A stretch of 32,248 nt of DNA. Origin: Bacteroidota bacterium (lineage in GTDB: Bacteria; Bacteroidota; Bacteroidia; Flavobacteriales; Flavobacteriaceae). How positions within the stretch are numbered: the stretch's first letter is position 1; each line of letters starts with the position of its first letter. The translations under genes were made by a program, and so were the position numbers. Positions 1 to 8,497 of this stretch are shown in pieces. The notes beneath the pieces are model-generated. The model was not told the origin of the DNA and did not search any database. It saw only the letters and a list, made by a program, of their open reading frames with translations. The stretch spans positions 1 through 32,248 of the forward strand of contig JBEBBH010000041.1 in assembly GCA_041158485.1 (NCBI GenBank). The letters are read 5' to 3'.

Positions 1-39
1 TTTAGTTGATAAATCGGTTTTACAAAAACCGTACCTGAT

Positions 40-63
40 AAAAAAAGTCCTTTTCAGGACTTT
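40..63 (-). terminator. Intrinsic terminator after the membrane-protein gene
   Basis: Minus strand AAAGTCCT-GAAA-AGGACTTT followed by a T run, about 10 nt past the stop at 73. Confidence 0.75.
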
Positions 64-72
64 AGTTATTTT

Positions 73-495
73 TTAGAACCACAATTTCCATGGAATTCGA
101 CTTAAAATAAGTAGCAAACCAATCCCGTAAAATACAGCAATTGATTTGAATTTAGCGGTGCCATTTTCCGCTTTTTTGTGTTTAGACCAGCCTATAGTAA
201 TTAAAACTATCGCGATAATGTTGATTAGCGGATGTTCTAAAGAGGTTAATCTGGTATCGGCATCTTTCATTTCACCTAATAAAGCATGGCCTAGCGGTGA
301 CAAGAAATAAAGAATCAAGCCAACCAATAATTGTATGTGTGCTCCGATTAATCCAAACAAAGCAATTTTTCGATCTTTGGCCGTAAATTCTTTTTTTGAA
401 GACATGCCCATAAAGGAATTAACAACAGCGAAAACCAGCAACAATAAAGCTAAATATGCCCAGCCTGAGTGGAATTTTTGAATGAAATCGTACAT
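73..495 (-). CDS. Small 4-TM membrane protein, possibly cytochrome b-like (140 aa)
   Basis: Four hydrophobic segments with His residues (FHSGWAYL, AHIQLL, LEHPLIN, WSKHK). Start moved to MYDFIQK (ATG 495) because a TATATTTG promoter box at 515-522 lies inside the longer ORF. Confidence 0.7.
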   Translation of the reverse strand: MYDFIQKFHSGWAYLALLLLVFAVVNSFMGMSSKKEFTAKDRKIALFGLIGAHIQLLVGLILYFLSPLGHALLGEMKDADTRLTSLEHPLINIIAIVLITIGWSKHKKAENGTAKFKSIAVFYGIGLLLILSRIPWKLWF

Positions 496-514
496 AGTTT
501 TTATTTTAGAAAAA

Positions 515-522
515 CAAATATA
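515..522 (-). promoter_or_regulatory. Bacteroidota sigma-A -7 box (TATATTTG)
   Basis: Exact TAnnTTTG match about 20 nt upstream of ATG 495. Confidence 0.7.
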
Positions 523-534
523 GGTAAAAGACAT

Positions 535-564
535 AAAAAAACCTCAACTTCGGTTGAGGTTTTT
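535..564 (-). terminator. Intrinsic terminator of the TonB-dependent receptor gene
   Basis: Perfect stem AAAACCTCAAC / GTTGAGGTTTT with a 4-nt loop and T tracts on both strands. Confidence 0.85.
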
Positions 565-582
565 GATAAGAATCAAGTTAGC

Positions 583-3420
583 TTAGAAGCTATAACTGAT
601 AGCAAAGTTCCAAGTTCTTCCAAATCCGAAAAAGACTTGATTTGACTTGTCTAAACCATCATAAATTTGAGTGGTCGTATAGGTGTTGTAAGCTGTTGTG
701 TTTGGTGTGCCGTCAGAATTAGTAAAGTCTGCTTGCGTTTTGGTGTGGATGTTAGTTCTGGATTCAGCGATGTAAATTTTATCTAAAACGTTATTGATGT
801 TTAATCTGAAATTGATAGCATCTACACGGTCTTTTCCAACTAACATTTTGTATGAGAAACCTGCATCTAACAAACCGTATGAAGGCAATAACAAGGAACC
901 TTTGTCGTTAGCTGCTTGAGTTCTGAAGTTAACAGGGTCGATACTGGCGTATAGTTCGTCAACAAAGCGATAGTTACCGTCAATTTTCACTCTTTCAATG
1001 ATTTCGTATGAAGCACCGATGCTTGCAGTAGTTTGAGCAGCATCACCCACTTTCAAGCCATCTAAGTATAATGTTTCTGTGAAAACTTCTCCGCTTGGGT
1101 TGGTAATTACCAAATTGTTGTCATCTTGGTAATTTGCTGTAACATTGCTGCCGTATTTCCAGTTTCCTATTGAAGCCATACCGTTAATCGCTAATTTGCG
1201 AATTGGTTTATAAGTAAAATCTAACTCTGCACCCACGTGAATTTGTTCAACTCCTTGTAAAAAGGCATTTCCAAGAATGGTAGGAGTGGCTGGGTTCAAA
1301 TCGTTGTCAATATTGGCCGTTAATCTGATAAAACGGTCTTTCCAGCTGGTTCTGTAAACGTTTAAGTTAGCATTGAATTTTGAGGAACGGTATCCGTAAC
1401 CTGCTTCTATACCAAATACTTTCTCATTGGTCAGGTTTTCATTTACAAGAGAAGCGTTGTTCGGATAAACAGCATTAAAGAAAGGTTGTTTAGAATAGTA
1501 TCCCGAATTAACGAAAACATTATGATTTTCATTGATGTTGTAGTTTAAACCACCTTTGATGTTTCCTCCTAAAATATTCTCATAATCAGTAGAGTATAAA
1601 GGATCTGTTCTAAGGTATTTAAAGTAATCATCTCTTCTGAATCCTTGTTGTGAAATCGCAGCTTGTACAAAAGCAGTTAGTTTTTCTGTCGCGTATTCTA
1701 ACTGAGTAAAGGCACCATACCATCTTACCAATCCATCATTGTTATAATTGATTTTTTGTTGGTAATCTGAGTTGAAAAACGGGTTAAAATGTGGTTTAGT
1801 TGAGTATTCAAAGCTCAATACTCTGTTAGGATTGTTTACATCAAAGTTATCGGCATAATTATCTGCCCCTAACAAATCATTTAAATTTTGGAAGTGAATA
1901 CCTCTGTAGGTTCTGGCATCTAAACCAAGATCCAAGGTAAGTTTAGTATTGATTTTTTTGTTCAAATTTACAATACCTCCATACCAGTTGTGTGAGTTGA
2001 TAGAGGAGATTTTAGAAATACCGTTGGTGGCATTATTGCTGGTAGAAGCAGAGTTTTGAAAACCACCATTAATTTGCGAACGGGTAAAGTTGGTTGTTCC
2101 AATAGTTACCGGCTGACCGGAATTGTAGGCGTTGATTAAATCAACATTGATTAATCCGTTAGCGGTTCTTAAGCTGTTAGAAAAGAAACGGTTTCCTCTG
2201 ATAGCTCCGGCCCCATTACTTCCGCCACCGCGTCCCCATGAACCGTAAATTACTGTTGATAACTTAGTAGTTTCATTGATTTTCCAGTCCCAGTTTAAGG
2301 AAGCCACCGGTTTGTGGTAATAGTTGGTTCTGAAACTGTATTCTCTTCCATTCAAATAACCCCAATCCGAGTTGTAGCGAATGTTAGGTTCACCAACGCC
2401 ATCTCCATATTTTATATAATCGGCTATAGTTGGTGCAGCTGATCTTTGGTTGTGCCATTGTGGAGCTCCGGTAAAGGTGATTTGAAAATCATGTTTTTTA
2501 TTCAATTCATAGCCTAAAGCCACAAAATAGTTAGCGCCGGCAAATTTTGTTCCGTCAACATATCCATCACCAAAAGTTTGACTCAACAAAACTGAAGTTG
2601 AAAAACCATTGTCTAATTTACCACTCGAATAAGACATTACTGTTTTTAAATAATCGTCATTCCCAATGGTTGAGGAAATGGTACCTCCTTTTTTTAAGTC
2701 GGATGATTTAGTAACTACATTGATAGTTCCACCTACAGATGAGATGGCTAATTTAGAGGAACCAAGACCTCTTTGAACTTGCATAGCAGAAGTAACGTCG
2801 GATAAACCGGCCCAATTACTCCAAAACACTCTGCTATTCTCCATGTCGTTTACCGGGACACCGTTAATCATTACGGCTATGTTTTCTTGAGAGAAACCGC
2901 GAATATTAACACGAGAATCTCCAAATCCACCACCCGATTTTGTAGCATATACAGATGGCGTATTGTTTAAGATTTCAGGGAATTCTTGTGAGCCTAATTT
3001 TTCAACTATTTCCGCTGATTTAATAGTAGAAACCGCAATAGGAGTTTTTCTGTCTTTTGCAATGTCAATAACGCTTGACTTAATAACAATTTCTTCCAAT
3101 TGATTTGATTCGGAAACCATAGTAATCTTTCCTAAATCAATAGTTCCTGTTTTTTCTACTGAAAAATTTACGGTTTTTGTTTGGAACCCAACGAAAGTGA
3201 ATACCAATTGTCCCGTTTGGGTTTTAGTAGTAATGCTGAATTTACCTTCTGAATCGGTCGTGGTGCCTTCGTTTGTTCCTTTTACGGACACGTTTACACC
3301 CGGCAATCCCATATTAGACTCAGTATCAAGAACGATACCGCTTACTTTACCTTGTGAAAAAGCCAATGCTGTGCACAAAGTAAAAATCCATACAAAATAA
3401 TTCGTTTTAATTTTTCTCAT
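583..3420 (-). CDS. TonB-dependent outer-membrane receptor (945 aa)
   Basis: Signal peptide, N-terminal carboxypeptidase-regulatory-like domain (GLPGVNVSVKGTNEGTTTDSEGKF), TonB-box-like LEEIVI, plug motifs (NIRGFSQENIAVMINGVP, VQRGLGSS..GGTINVVT), and barrel end GRTWNFAISYSF with terminal Phe. No adjacent SusD gene. Confidence 0.92.
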   Translation of the reverse strand: MRKIKTNYFVWIFTLCTALAFSQGKVSGIVLDTESNMGLPGVNVSVKGTNEGTTTDSEGKFSITTKTQTGQLVFTFVGFQTKTVNFSVEKTGTIDLGKITMVSESNQLEEIVIKSSVIDIAKDRKTPIAVSTIKSAEIVEKLGSQEFPEILNNTPSVYATKSGGGFGDSRVNIRGFSQENIAVMINGVPVNDMENSRVFWSNWAGLSDVTSAMQVQRGLGSSKLAISSVGGTINVVTKSSDLKKGGTISSTIGNDDYLKTVMSYSSGKLDNGFSTSVLLSQTFGDGYVDGTKFAGANYFVALGYELNKKHDFQITFTGAPQWHNQRSAAPTIADYIKYGDGVGEPNIRYNSDWGYLNGREYSFRTNYYHKPVASLNWDWKINETTKLSTVIYGSWGRGGGSNGAGAIRGNRFFSNSLRTANGLINVDLINAYNSGQPVTIGTTNFTRSQINGGFQNSASTSNNATNGISKISSINSHNWYGGIVNLNKKINTKLTLDLGLDARTYRGIHFQNLNDLLGADNYADNFDVNNPNRVLSFEYSTKPHFNPFFNSDYQQKINYNNDGLVRWYGAFTQLEYATEKLTAFVQAAISQQGFRRDDYFKYLRTDPLYSTDYENILGGNIKGGLNYNINENHNVFVNSGYYSKQPFFNAVYPNNASLVNENLTNEKVFGIEAGYGYRSSKFNANLNVYRTSWKDRFIRLTANIDNDLNPATPTILGNAFLQGVEQIHVGAELDFTYKPIRKLAINGMASIGNWKYGSNVTANYQDDNNLVITNPSGEVFTETLYLDGLKVGDAAQTTASIGASYEIIERVKIDGNYRFVDELYASIDPVNFRTQAANDKGSLLLPSYGLLDAGFSYKMLVGKDRVDAINFRLNINNVLDKIYIAESRTNIHTKTQADFTNSDGTPNTTAYNTYTTTQIYDGLDKSNQVFFGFGRTWNFAISYSF

Positions 3421-3518
3421 TTTAGAGGTTGTTTAAAATTTTTGCAAAAGTTAAATTTTAAACAGACTCAAACGTTAAGAGAATGTTAAGAAAAACAAAA
3501 TGTTAATATTTTTAAAAA

Positions 3519-5162
3519 TTACTTATTTTTCAAAAAGTGTTTTAGTAAAAATTCAGTTGAGTTGTCGTGGTTTTTCACGCTTCCCGAATGGATTTCATCT
3601 AAGATGGAGTTGGCCAACTGTTTTCCCAATTCAACGCCCCATTGGTCGTAACTGAAAATATTCCAAATTACACCTTGTACAAAAATTTTGTGTTCGTATA
3701 AAGCAATTAATGACCCTAATGATTTAGGGGTTAGCTTGTCGATTAAAATGGTATTGGTCGGTTTGTTGCCGGTAAACACTTTGAATGGTAAAAGATAATC
3801 CGCTGTAGCTCCGCTGATGTTTTGCTTCTCAAATTCGGCTTTTACCTGACTTTCACTTTTCCCGTTGAGCAAAGCTTCGGTTTGAGCGAAGAAGTTCGAC
3901 ATCAATTTATTGTGATGGTCTTCGTTGCCGTACAACGGCTTGACAAAGCCGATAAAGTCAGTCGGAATTAATTTTGTGCCTTGATGAATCAATTGGAAAA
4001 AGGCGTGTTGTGAGTTGGTTCCGGGTTCGCCCCAAATAATGGTTCCGGTTTGGTAATTGACCGGTTTACCGTCGCGACCTACACTTTTTCCATTGCTTTC
4101 CATGATGCCTTGTTGTAAGTATGGCGCTAATTTTTGCAGGTATTGGGTATACGGAATCAAGGCTTCGCTTTCAGCGCCGAAAAAGTTGTTGTACCAAATG
4201 GTTAACAAGGCTAAAATCACAGGTATATTTTTATCTAATGACTCATTTTTGAAATGATTGTCCATATCATGAGCACCAGCTAACAGTTCGTCAAAATGCT
4301 CAAATCCAACGGCTAAGCTTATGGACAAACCAACGGCACTCCAAAGCGAAAAACGTCCGCCAACCCAATCCCACATCGGGAAAATATTGTCGGGATTAAT
4401 GCCAAATTCGGTTACTTTTTGAATGTTAGTTGAAACCGCCACGAAGTGTTTGGCCACGTCTTCTTGTTTGGCTGATTGTAAAAACCAAGCACGGATAGTT
4501 TCGGCATTAGACAAGGTTTCTTGCGTGGTAAACGTTTTGGAAGCGATGACGAAAAGGGTCGTTTCCGGATTCAGTTTTTTGATGATTTCGTTCACGTGAT
4601 CGCCGTCAACATTGGAAACAAAATGAACGTTCAAATGGTTTTTGTAGAATTGCAACGCTTCCACCACCATAGCCGGACCAAGGTCGGAACCACCAATTCC
4701 GATATTCACTACATCGGTGAACGGTTTTCCGGTGAATCCTTTTCGTTGTCCAGAAATCACTTCGTTGGAGAACGCTTTAATTTTATTTTTAACAGCAAAA
4801 ACTTCCGGCATTACGTTTTGTCCGTCCACGACCACCACTTGGTTTTCAGGCGAACGCAAAGCAGTGTGTAATACTGCTCTGTTTTCAGTTTGATTGATGG
4901 CATCGCCCTCAAAATATTGGCTGATGGCTTCTTGAAGTTGTACTTCTTTAGCCAAATCCAATAGTAAGTTGATGGTCTCTTGGTTGAGTATGTTTTTAGA
5001 ATAATCGACTAAAAAATCCTGCCATTGGATATGAAATTTTTCCGCTCTTTGCGAATCGTTGGCAAACATTTCCTTCATGGAAGTATTGCTGATTTGTGCA
5101 TAATGTTGGGTTAGTTTTTCCCAAGCTCCCGTAACTGTCGGATTGATTTGTGCTAATGCCAT
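3519..5162 (-). CDS. pgi: Glucose-6-phosphate isomerase
   Basis: Motifs [67 protein letters not shown]. Start set at MALAQINP (5162), downstream of promoter box TAAATTTG at 5181-5188. Confidence 0.97.
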   Translation of the reverse strand: MALAQINPTVTGAWEKLTQHYAQISNTSMKEMFANDSQRAEKFHIQWQDFLVDYSKNILNQETINLLLDLAKEVQLQEAISQYFEGDAINQTENRAVLHTALRSPENQVVVVDGQNVMPEVFAVKNKIKAFSNEVISGQRKGFTGKPFTDVVNIGIGGSDLGPAMVVEALQFYKNHLNVHFVSNVDGDHVNEIIKKLNPETTLFVIASKTFTTQETLSNAETIRAWFLQSAKQEDVAKHFVAVSTNIQKVTEFGINPDNIFPMWDWVGGRFSLWSAVGLSISLAVGFEHFDELLAGAHDMDNHFKNESLDKNIPVILALLTIWYNNFFGAESEALIPYTQYLQKLAPYLQQGIMESNGKSVGRDGKPVNYQTGTIIWGEPGTNSQHAFFQLIHQGTKLIPTDFIGFVKPLYGNEDHHNKLMSNFFAQTEALLNGKSESQVKAEFEKQNISGATADYLLPFKVFTGNKPTNTILIDKLTPKSLGSLIALYEHKIFVQGVIWNIFSYDQWGVELGKQLANSILDEIHSGSVKNHDNSTEFLLKHFLKNK

Positions 5163-5180
5163 TTTTTTACATTTGAAGCA

Positions 5181-5188
5181 CAAATTTA
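5181..5188 (-). promoter_or_regulatory. Sigma-A -7 box (TAAATTTG) of pgi
   Basis: Exact TAnnTTTG match 18 nt upstream of ATG 5162. Confidence 0.7.
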
Positions 5189-5255
5189 CAAATATTGATT
5201 GGTAAAAAAAGAGGTGATTTTTTACGCTAACGTTGTAGTAAACAAAAAAAGTAAA

Positions 5256-6497
5256 TTATCTTCTGAATTTGAGTTCGGCAGTGCTGTCCAATACCTTTTT
5301 GAGCGGTTTAATTTGCTCCAAAAATTGTTGTTTGTATTTGGCTTCCATTGGAGTAGAGGTAGGCAGTTTTAAACGTAAAGCATCTACTTGTACGCCGTTT
5401 TTCCAAAAGCGATAGCAAACGTGAGGTCCGGTAGCCAAACCGGTGCTGCCCACTTTTCCGATAACTTGACCTTGGGTGACTCTTTGTCCGCGTTTCACCA
5501 AAATCTTGGACATGTGTAGGTATTGTGTTGAATAGGTTCGATCGTGTTTTACTTTGACAAAATTTCCGTTTCCGGTAGTATAACCGGCTTGTTCCACAAC
5601 ACCGGCAGCGGTAGTCATGATAGGTGTTCCGGTAGGTGCCGCATAATCTGTTCCGTTGTGGGCTTTCCATCTTTTTTGAACCGGATGGAATCGGCTTTTA
5701 GAATAACGCGAAGTAATGTTGACAAACTTCAACGGTGCTTTCAGGAAAAAGTTTTTAAGTGTTTTCCCTTCTTCGTCGAAGTATTGTTGCTTTTTGGAAC
5801 TGCCATCGGGCGAGAAAGGAAAGGCGTATATTTTTTTGCCTTTGTATTCAAAGAATGAAGCCTTTAAACTATCGACGCCATCATAAACGGTGTCGTTGAT
5901 GTAGCGTTCGGTAAAGGTCAAGCCGAATTTATCGCCTTTTTGGAGTTTGAAGAAGTCGATGGACCAAGCATAGATTTTGGCAATTTTAGCTGCCAAAGCC
6001 GGATCTACTTTTTCGTTGGCTAAGGTTTCGGATAAAGAGCCGTTCAAAGCGCCTGCAATAGTTCGGGTTTTGAACGTTAACGGTCGCGTTTTTTGGTAGG
6101 CTGTAACCGAATCTCTCAAATCAATCACATAGTAGTTTATCTTATCCGGTTGGTAGATGAAATACTGAATCTTGTGGGTTCTGTTTTTGCTTCTCAAGAT
6201 GGTGTAAGGTTTTCCAATTCGGATGGATCTTACGTCAAAAGTATCTTTTACTTGAGCGACAATATCGTAAACTTGTTTGCCGTTGAGGTTTTGTTTTTGG
6301 AGTAGACTTCCGAAAGTATCCCCTGATTTTACTGTATCATTTACTACGTTAAAATCATGCAGGTTAAAACCAAAATCGATTAATTTAGGCTTTGGTTTTT
6401 CTTCCACAAAGGCTTCTTCTTTTGATTGGTTACAAGAAACCACAAAAGAAGTGAGCACTAGCGCTGCAAAGACAATTCGAAAGATTTTTAACTTCAT
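5256..6497 (-). CDS. M23-family peptidoglycan DD-endopeptidase, probable lipoprotein (MepM-like)
   Basis: HNGTDY (HxxxD), YLHMS, TGLATGPHVCY (HxH position altered), LysM-like VKSGDTFGSLL, lipobox-like VVSC. Confidence 0.9.
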   Translation of the reverse strand: MKLKIFRIVFAALVLTSFVVSCNQSKEEAFVEEKPKPKLIDFGFNLHDFNVVNDTVKSGDTFGSLLQKQNLNGKQVYDIVAQVKDTFDVRSIRIGKPYTILRSKNRTHKIQYFIYQPDKINYYVIDLRDSVTAYQKTRPLTFKTRTIAGALNGSLSETLANEKVDPALAAKIAKIYAWSIDFFKLQKGDKFGLTFTERYINDTVYDGVDSLKASFFEYKGKKIYAFPFSPDGSSKKQQYFDEEGKTLKNFFLKAPLKFVNITSRYSKSRFHPVQKRWKAHNGTDYAAPTGTPIMTTAAGVVEQAGYTTGNGNFVKVKHDRTYSTQYLHMSKILVKRGQRVTQGQVIGKVGSTGLATGPHVCYRFWKNGVQVDALRLKLPTSTPMEAKYKQQFLEQIKPLKKVLDSTAELKFRR

Positions 6498-6498
6498 A

Positions 6499-7434
6499 TT
6501 ACAATCCTTCTCCCCAGTTTTTTAATTCTTCTTCCGACCATAATTCCGGGAAAAAGATGCGGCGTTGGTATTTAGGATGCATGTATTTTTTCCAATCGCT
6601 TCCGCCGGTGGCTTCTCCGGAACCTTGTCCGCTTTCGATGTATTTTTTGGCGGCATTCAAATGGCCCATTACCCAAGTGATATTCACGGTGTAATCGTAA
6701 TGGCGCATGGCTTTGACCAATTCAGGGTTTTGTTGGTCTTCTGCCGGAAGTTGTTTGAATTTTTGCCAGATGTTGATGGTGTTGTATTCTTCCATATATC
6801 GAAGAAACTCCTCGCGGTATTTTCTTTCGAATTCTAAAATCAAATACGACTTTTCGCCGGTTTGGTAATCCTTTCCGGCCGCTTGCCAATACAAGTGTTC
6901 GAACGCGTGTGAATAAGGTGTATTTCTGTCGATGGTAGCTCGGAAGCGATAATCGATTAAGTTGATTAAATCGGTCGAAGAGAATTCAATTAAGCGGTAT
7001 TGCGCACTTTGAAAACCACTAGCCGGCGTGAGTGTATTGCGGAATTTCATGTATTGTGCTACTTCCATTCCGTCTCCCATAATGTCAAACGAAGTAGTCA
7101 ACATGTCGAAATAGCGGCTGATTCTTCGTAGTTTCTCCGTGAAAAATGCAGTCTCCGGTTTTTCAGTATGACACAATTGTTTGATTTCCCAAAGTATCAT
7201 TTTGAACAACAATTCGTTGACTTGGTGGTACATGATGAACACCATTTCGTCGGGTAATACCGTTCTTTGGGTTTGCAAATTCAACAAGGCATCAGTTTGG
7301 ATGTAATCCCAATAAGTAATGGGTTTGGCCCAAAGTAAGCCTTCAAGATGGGTTTCGGTTTTTTGATTTATCGCCTCAAACTTTTCTTCTAAATCGGAGA
7401 GAACTTCGTGGTAGTTTGTTGTTTTGTTGTTCAT
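6499..7434 (-). CDS. kynA: Tryptophan 2,3-dioxygenase family protein
   Basis: TYWDYIQTDALL, EMVFIMYHQVNELLFK, FRNTLTPASGFQSAQYR and ATGGS motifs typical of TDO. Confidence 0.85.
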   Translation of the reverse strand: MNNKTTNYHEVLSDLEEKFEAINQKTETHLEGLLWAKPITYWDYIQTDALLNLQTQRTVLPDEMVFIMYHQVNELLFKMILWEIKQLCHTEKPETAFFTEKLRRISRYFDMLTTSFDIMGDGMEVAQYMKFRNTLTPASGFQSAQYRLIEFSSTDLINLIDYRFRATIDRNTPYSHAFEHLYWQAAGKDYQTGEKSYLILEFERKYREEFLRYMEEYNTINIWQKFKQLPAEDQQNPELVKAMRHYDYTVNITWVMGHLNAAKKYIESGQGSGEATGGSDWKKYMHPKYQRRIFFPELWSEEELKNWGEGL

Positions 7435-8210
7435 TACTTTTTCAATTTCACCATAAACGGATTTTTGAGTCCTTTGAATCCCTCTAAATCGGCTTTAAGA
7501 GAACCGACAGCCAAACTGGCTTTAATGCGTAATGGTATTTTGTTTTCATCATCGGATATCCAGACAGTTAGACTTTCTTCTTCTTTAAAAACCCTACCGG
7601 ATTGAACCAAAGGTCTGAATATCATGGTTTGTGCGGTGCCAAATTTAGTTTTTAATTCTTCTCTGCCCAAGAACTTTAATTTGAATTTATATATTTCATC
7701 ATCAAAAAACATATCTACTACAATGGATTCTCCCGGTTTGAGTTTGTCGATGTTCGGATGGTTTCTGAGGAAATAGAAAGTCGAAACGATATCTTGTACG
7801 TTTTCGGTCACCGGAAATGTTTTCTCGGTGTTGTTCTTGTAATTTTTAACTAAGATTTTGTTGGTCGCCTGATTGAAGAATCCTTCCTGGTTTTTGGTGT
7901 AACCGCCTTCATCAATTTTTCTAACAAATTGGTAAGGTTTGTTGGTGGCTTTATCAAAGTAGCTTTCGTAATTGTCGTCTACTTTAAAGAAAAAACGCGA
8001 CATTCCGACAGTATATCCTTTGCCAACGGCGTGGTACACTTTTTTGTTGTCACGAACGGCTTCTTTTAGCTCCAGAGTTGCGTATCCGGCATTTATAAAG
8101 CCATAGTGGATTCGGAATTTGAACCATTCACCGGTATCGTATGCTTCCGGTTTTTGGGTGCTGAAACTCACAGTAATAAAAAGCAATAACAGGAATAAGT
8201 ATTTTTTCAT
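7434..8210 (-). CDS. DUF3108-like exported protein
   Basis: Signal peptide, GEWFKFRIHYG start and VWISDDENKIPLRIKASLAVGS end typical of the family as I recall it. Its stop overlaps the TDO start (TAATG). Confidence 0.75.
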   Translation of the reverse strand: MKKYLFLLLLFITVSFSTQKPEAYDTGEWFKFRIHYGFINAGYATLELKEAVRDNKKVYHAVGKGYTVGMSRFFFKVDDNYESYFDKATNKPYQFVRKIDEGGYTKNQEGFFNQATNKILVKNYKNNTEKTFPVTENVQDIVSTFYFLRNHPNIDKLKPGESIVVDMFFDDEIYKFKLKFLGREELKTKFGTAQTMIFRPLVQSGRVFKEEESLTVWISDDENKIPLRIKASLAVGSLKADLEGFKGLKNPFMVKLKK

Positions 8211-8249
8211 TTCGAATTGAATTTTATACTGCGATTACAATATCTGTTC

Positions 8250-8257
8250 CAAAAGTA
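8250..8257 (-). promoter_or_regulatory. Sigma-A -7 box (TACTTTTG) for the DUF3108-TDO-M23 operon
   Basis: TAnnTTTG match 40 nt upstream of ATG 8210, overlapping a sigma-54-like element (see findings). Confidence 0.55.
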
Positions 8258-8263
8258 TTAAAA

Positions 8264-8375
8264 CAAAAAAACCCAGTCAAATTAATGACTGAGTTTTTAT
8301 GCTATTAACCAACCAAAAAACTATAAATTATGAAAATTTATCCAAAATGCGAGGGAACCACCCCTCTATTTTTGT
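8264..8375 (-). ncRNA. Candidate trans-acting small RNA (~110 nt)
   Basis: Promoter TTG(8409-8411)-N21-TATCTTTG(8380-8387); 5' hairpin with GAGGG/CCCTC core (8343-8374); unstructured U/G-rich linker (8299-8342); intrinsic terminator (8265-8298). Confidence 0.65.
8265..8298 (-). terminator. Intrinsic terminator (sRNA candidate / hppD read-through)
   Basis: Minus strand AACTCAGTCA-TTAATT-TGACTGGGTT followed by a T run; the G-U pair works only on the minus strand. Confidence 0.8.
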
Positions 8376-8379
8376 CCTG

Positions 8380-8411
8380 CAAAGATAACCCAAGACGTTG
8401 CGATATTACAA
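8380..8411 (-). promoter_or_regulatory. Sigma-A promoter (-33 TTG / -7 TATCTTTG) of the sRNA candidate
   Basis: Exact -7 box, with TTG at 21-nt spacing. Confidence 0.7.
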
Positions 8412-8497
8412 GCAAAAAGTCAACTTTAACAATAATTTAATAAAATATAGTCTTTTTATGGTCTTATTTTTAAATTATTTTTAACAAATAGAGGAAT

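Noticed and set aside
8330-8440. Plus-strand 36-aa ORF (MKIYPKCEGTTPLFLSCKDNPRRCDITSKKSTLTII) with an ideal-looking start context; considered as a type I toxin with an antisense RNA
   Set aside because: The peptide is not hydrophobic, I saw no plus-strand promoter, a hairpin with a T run lies just upstream, and the ORF runs through the minus-strand promoter. The sRNA reading explains the region better, though the ORF is not fully excluded.
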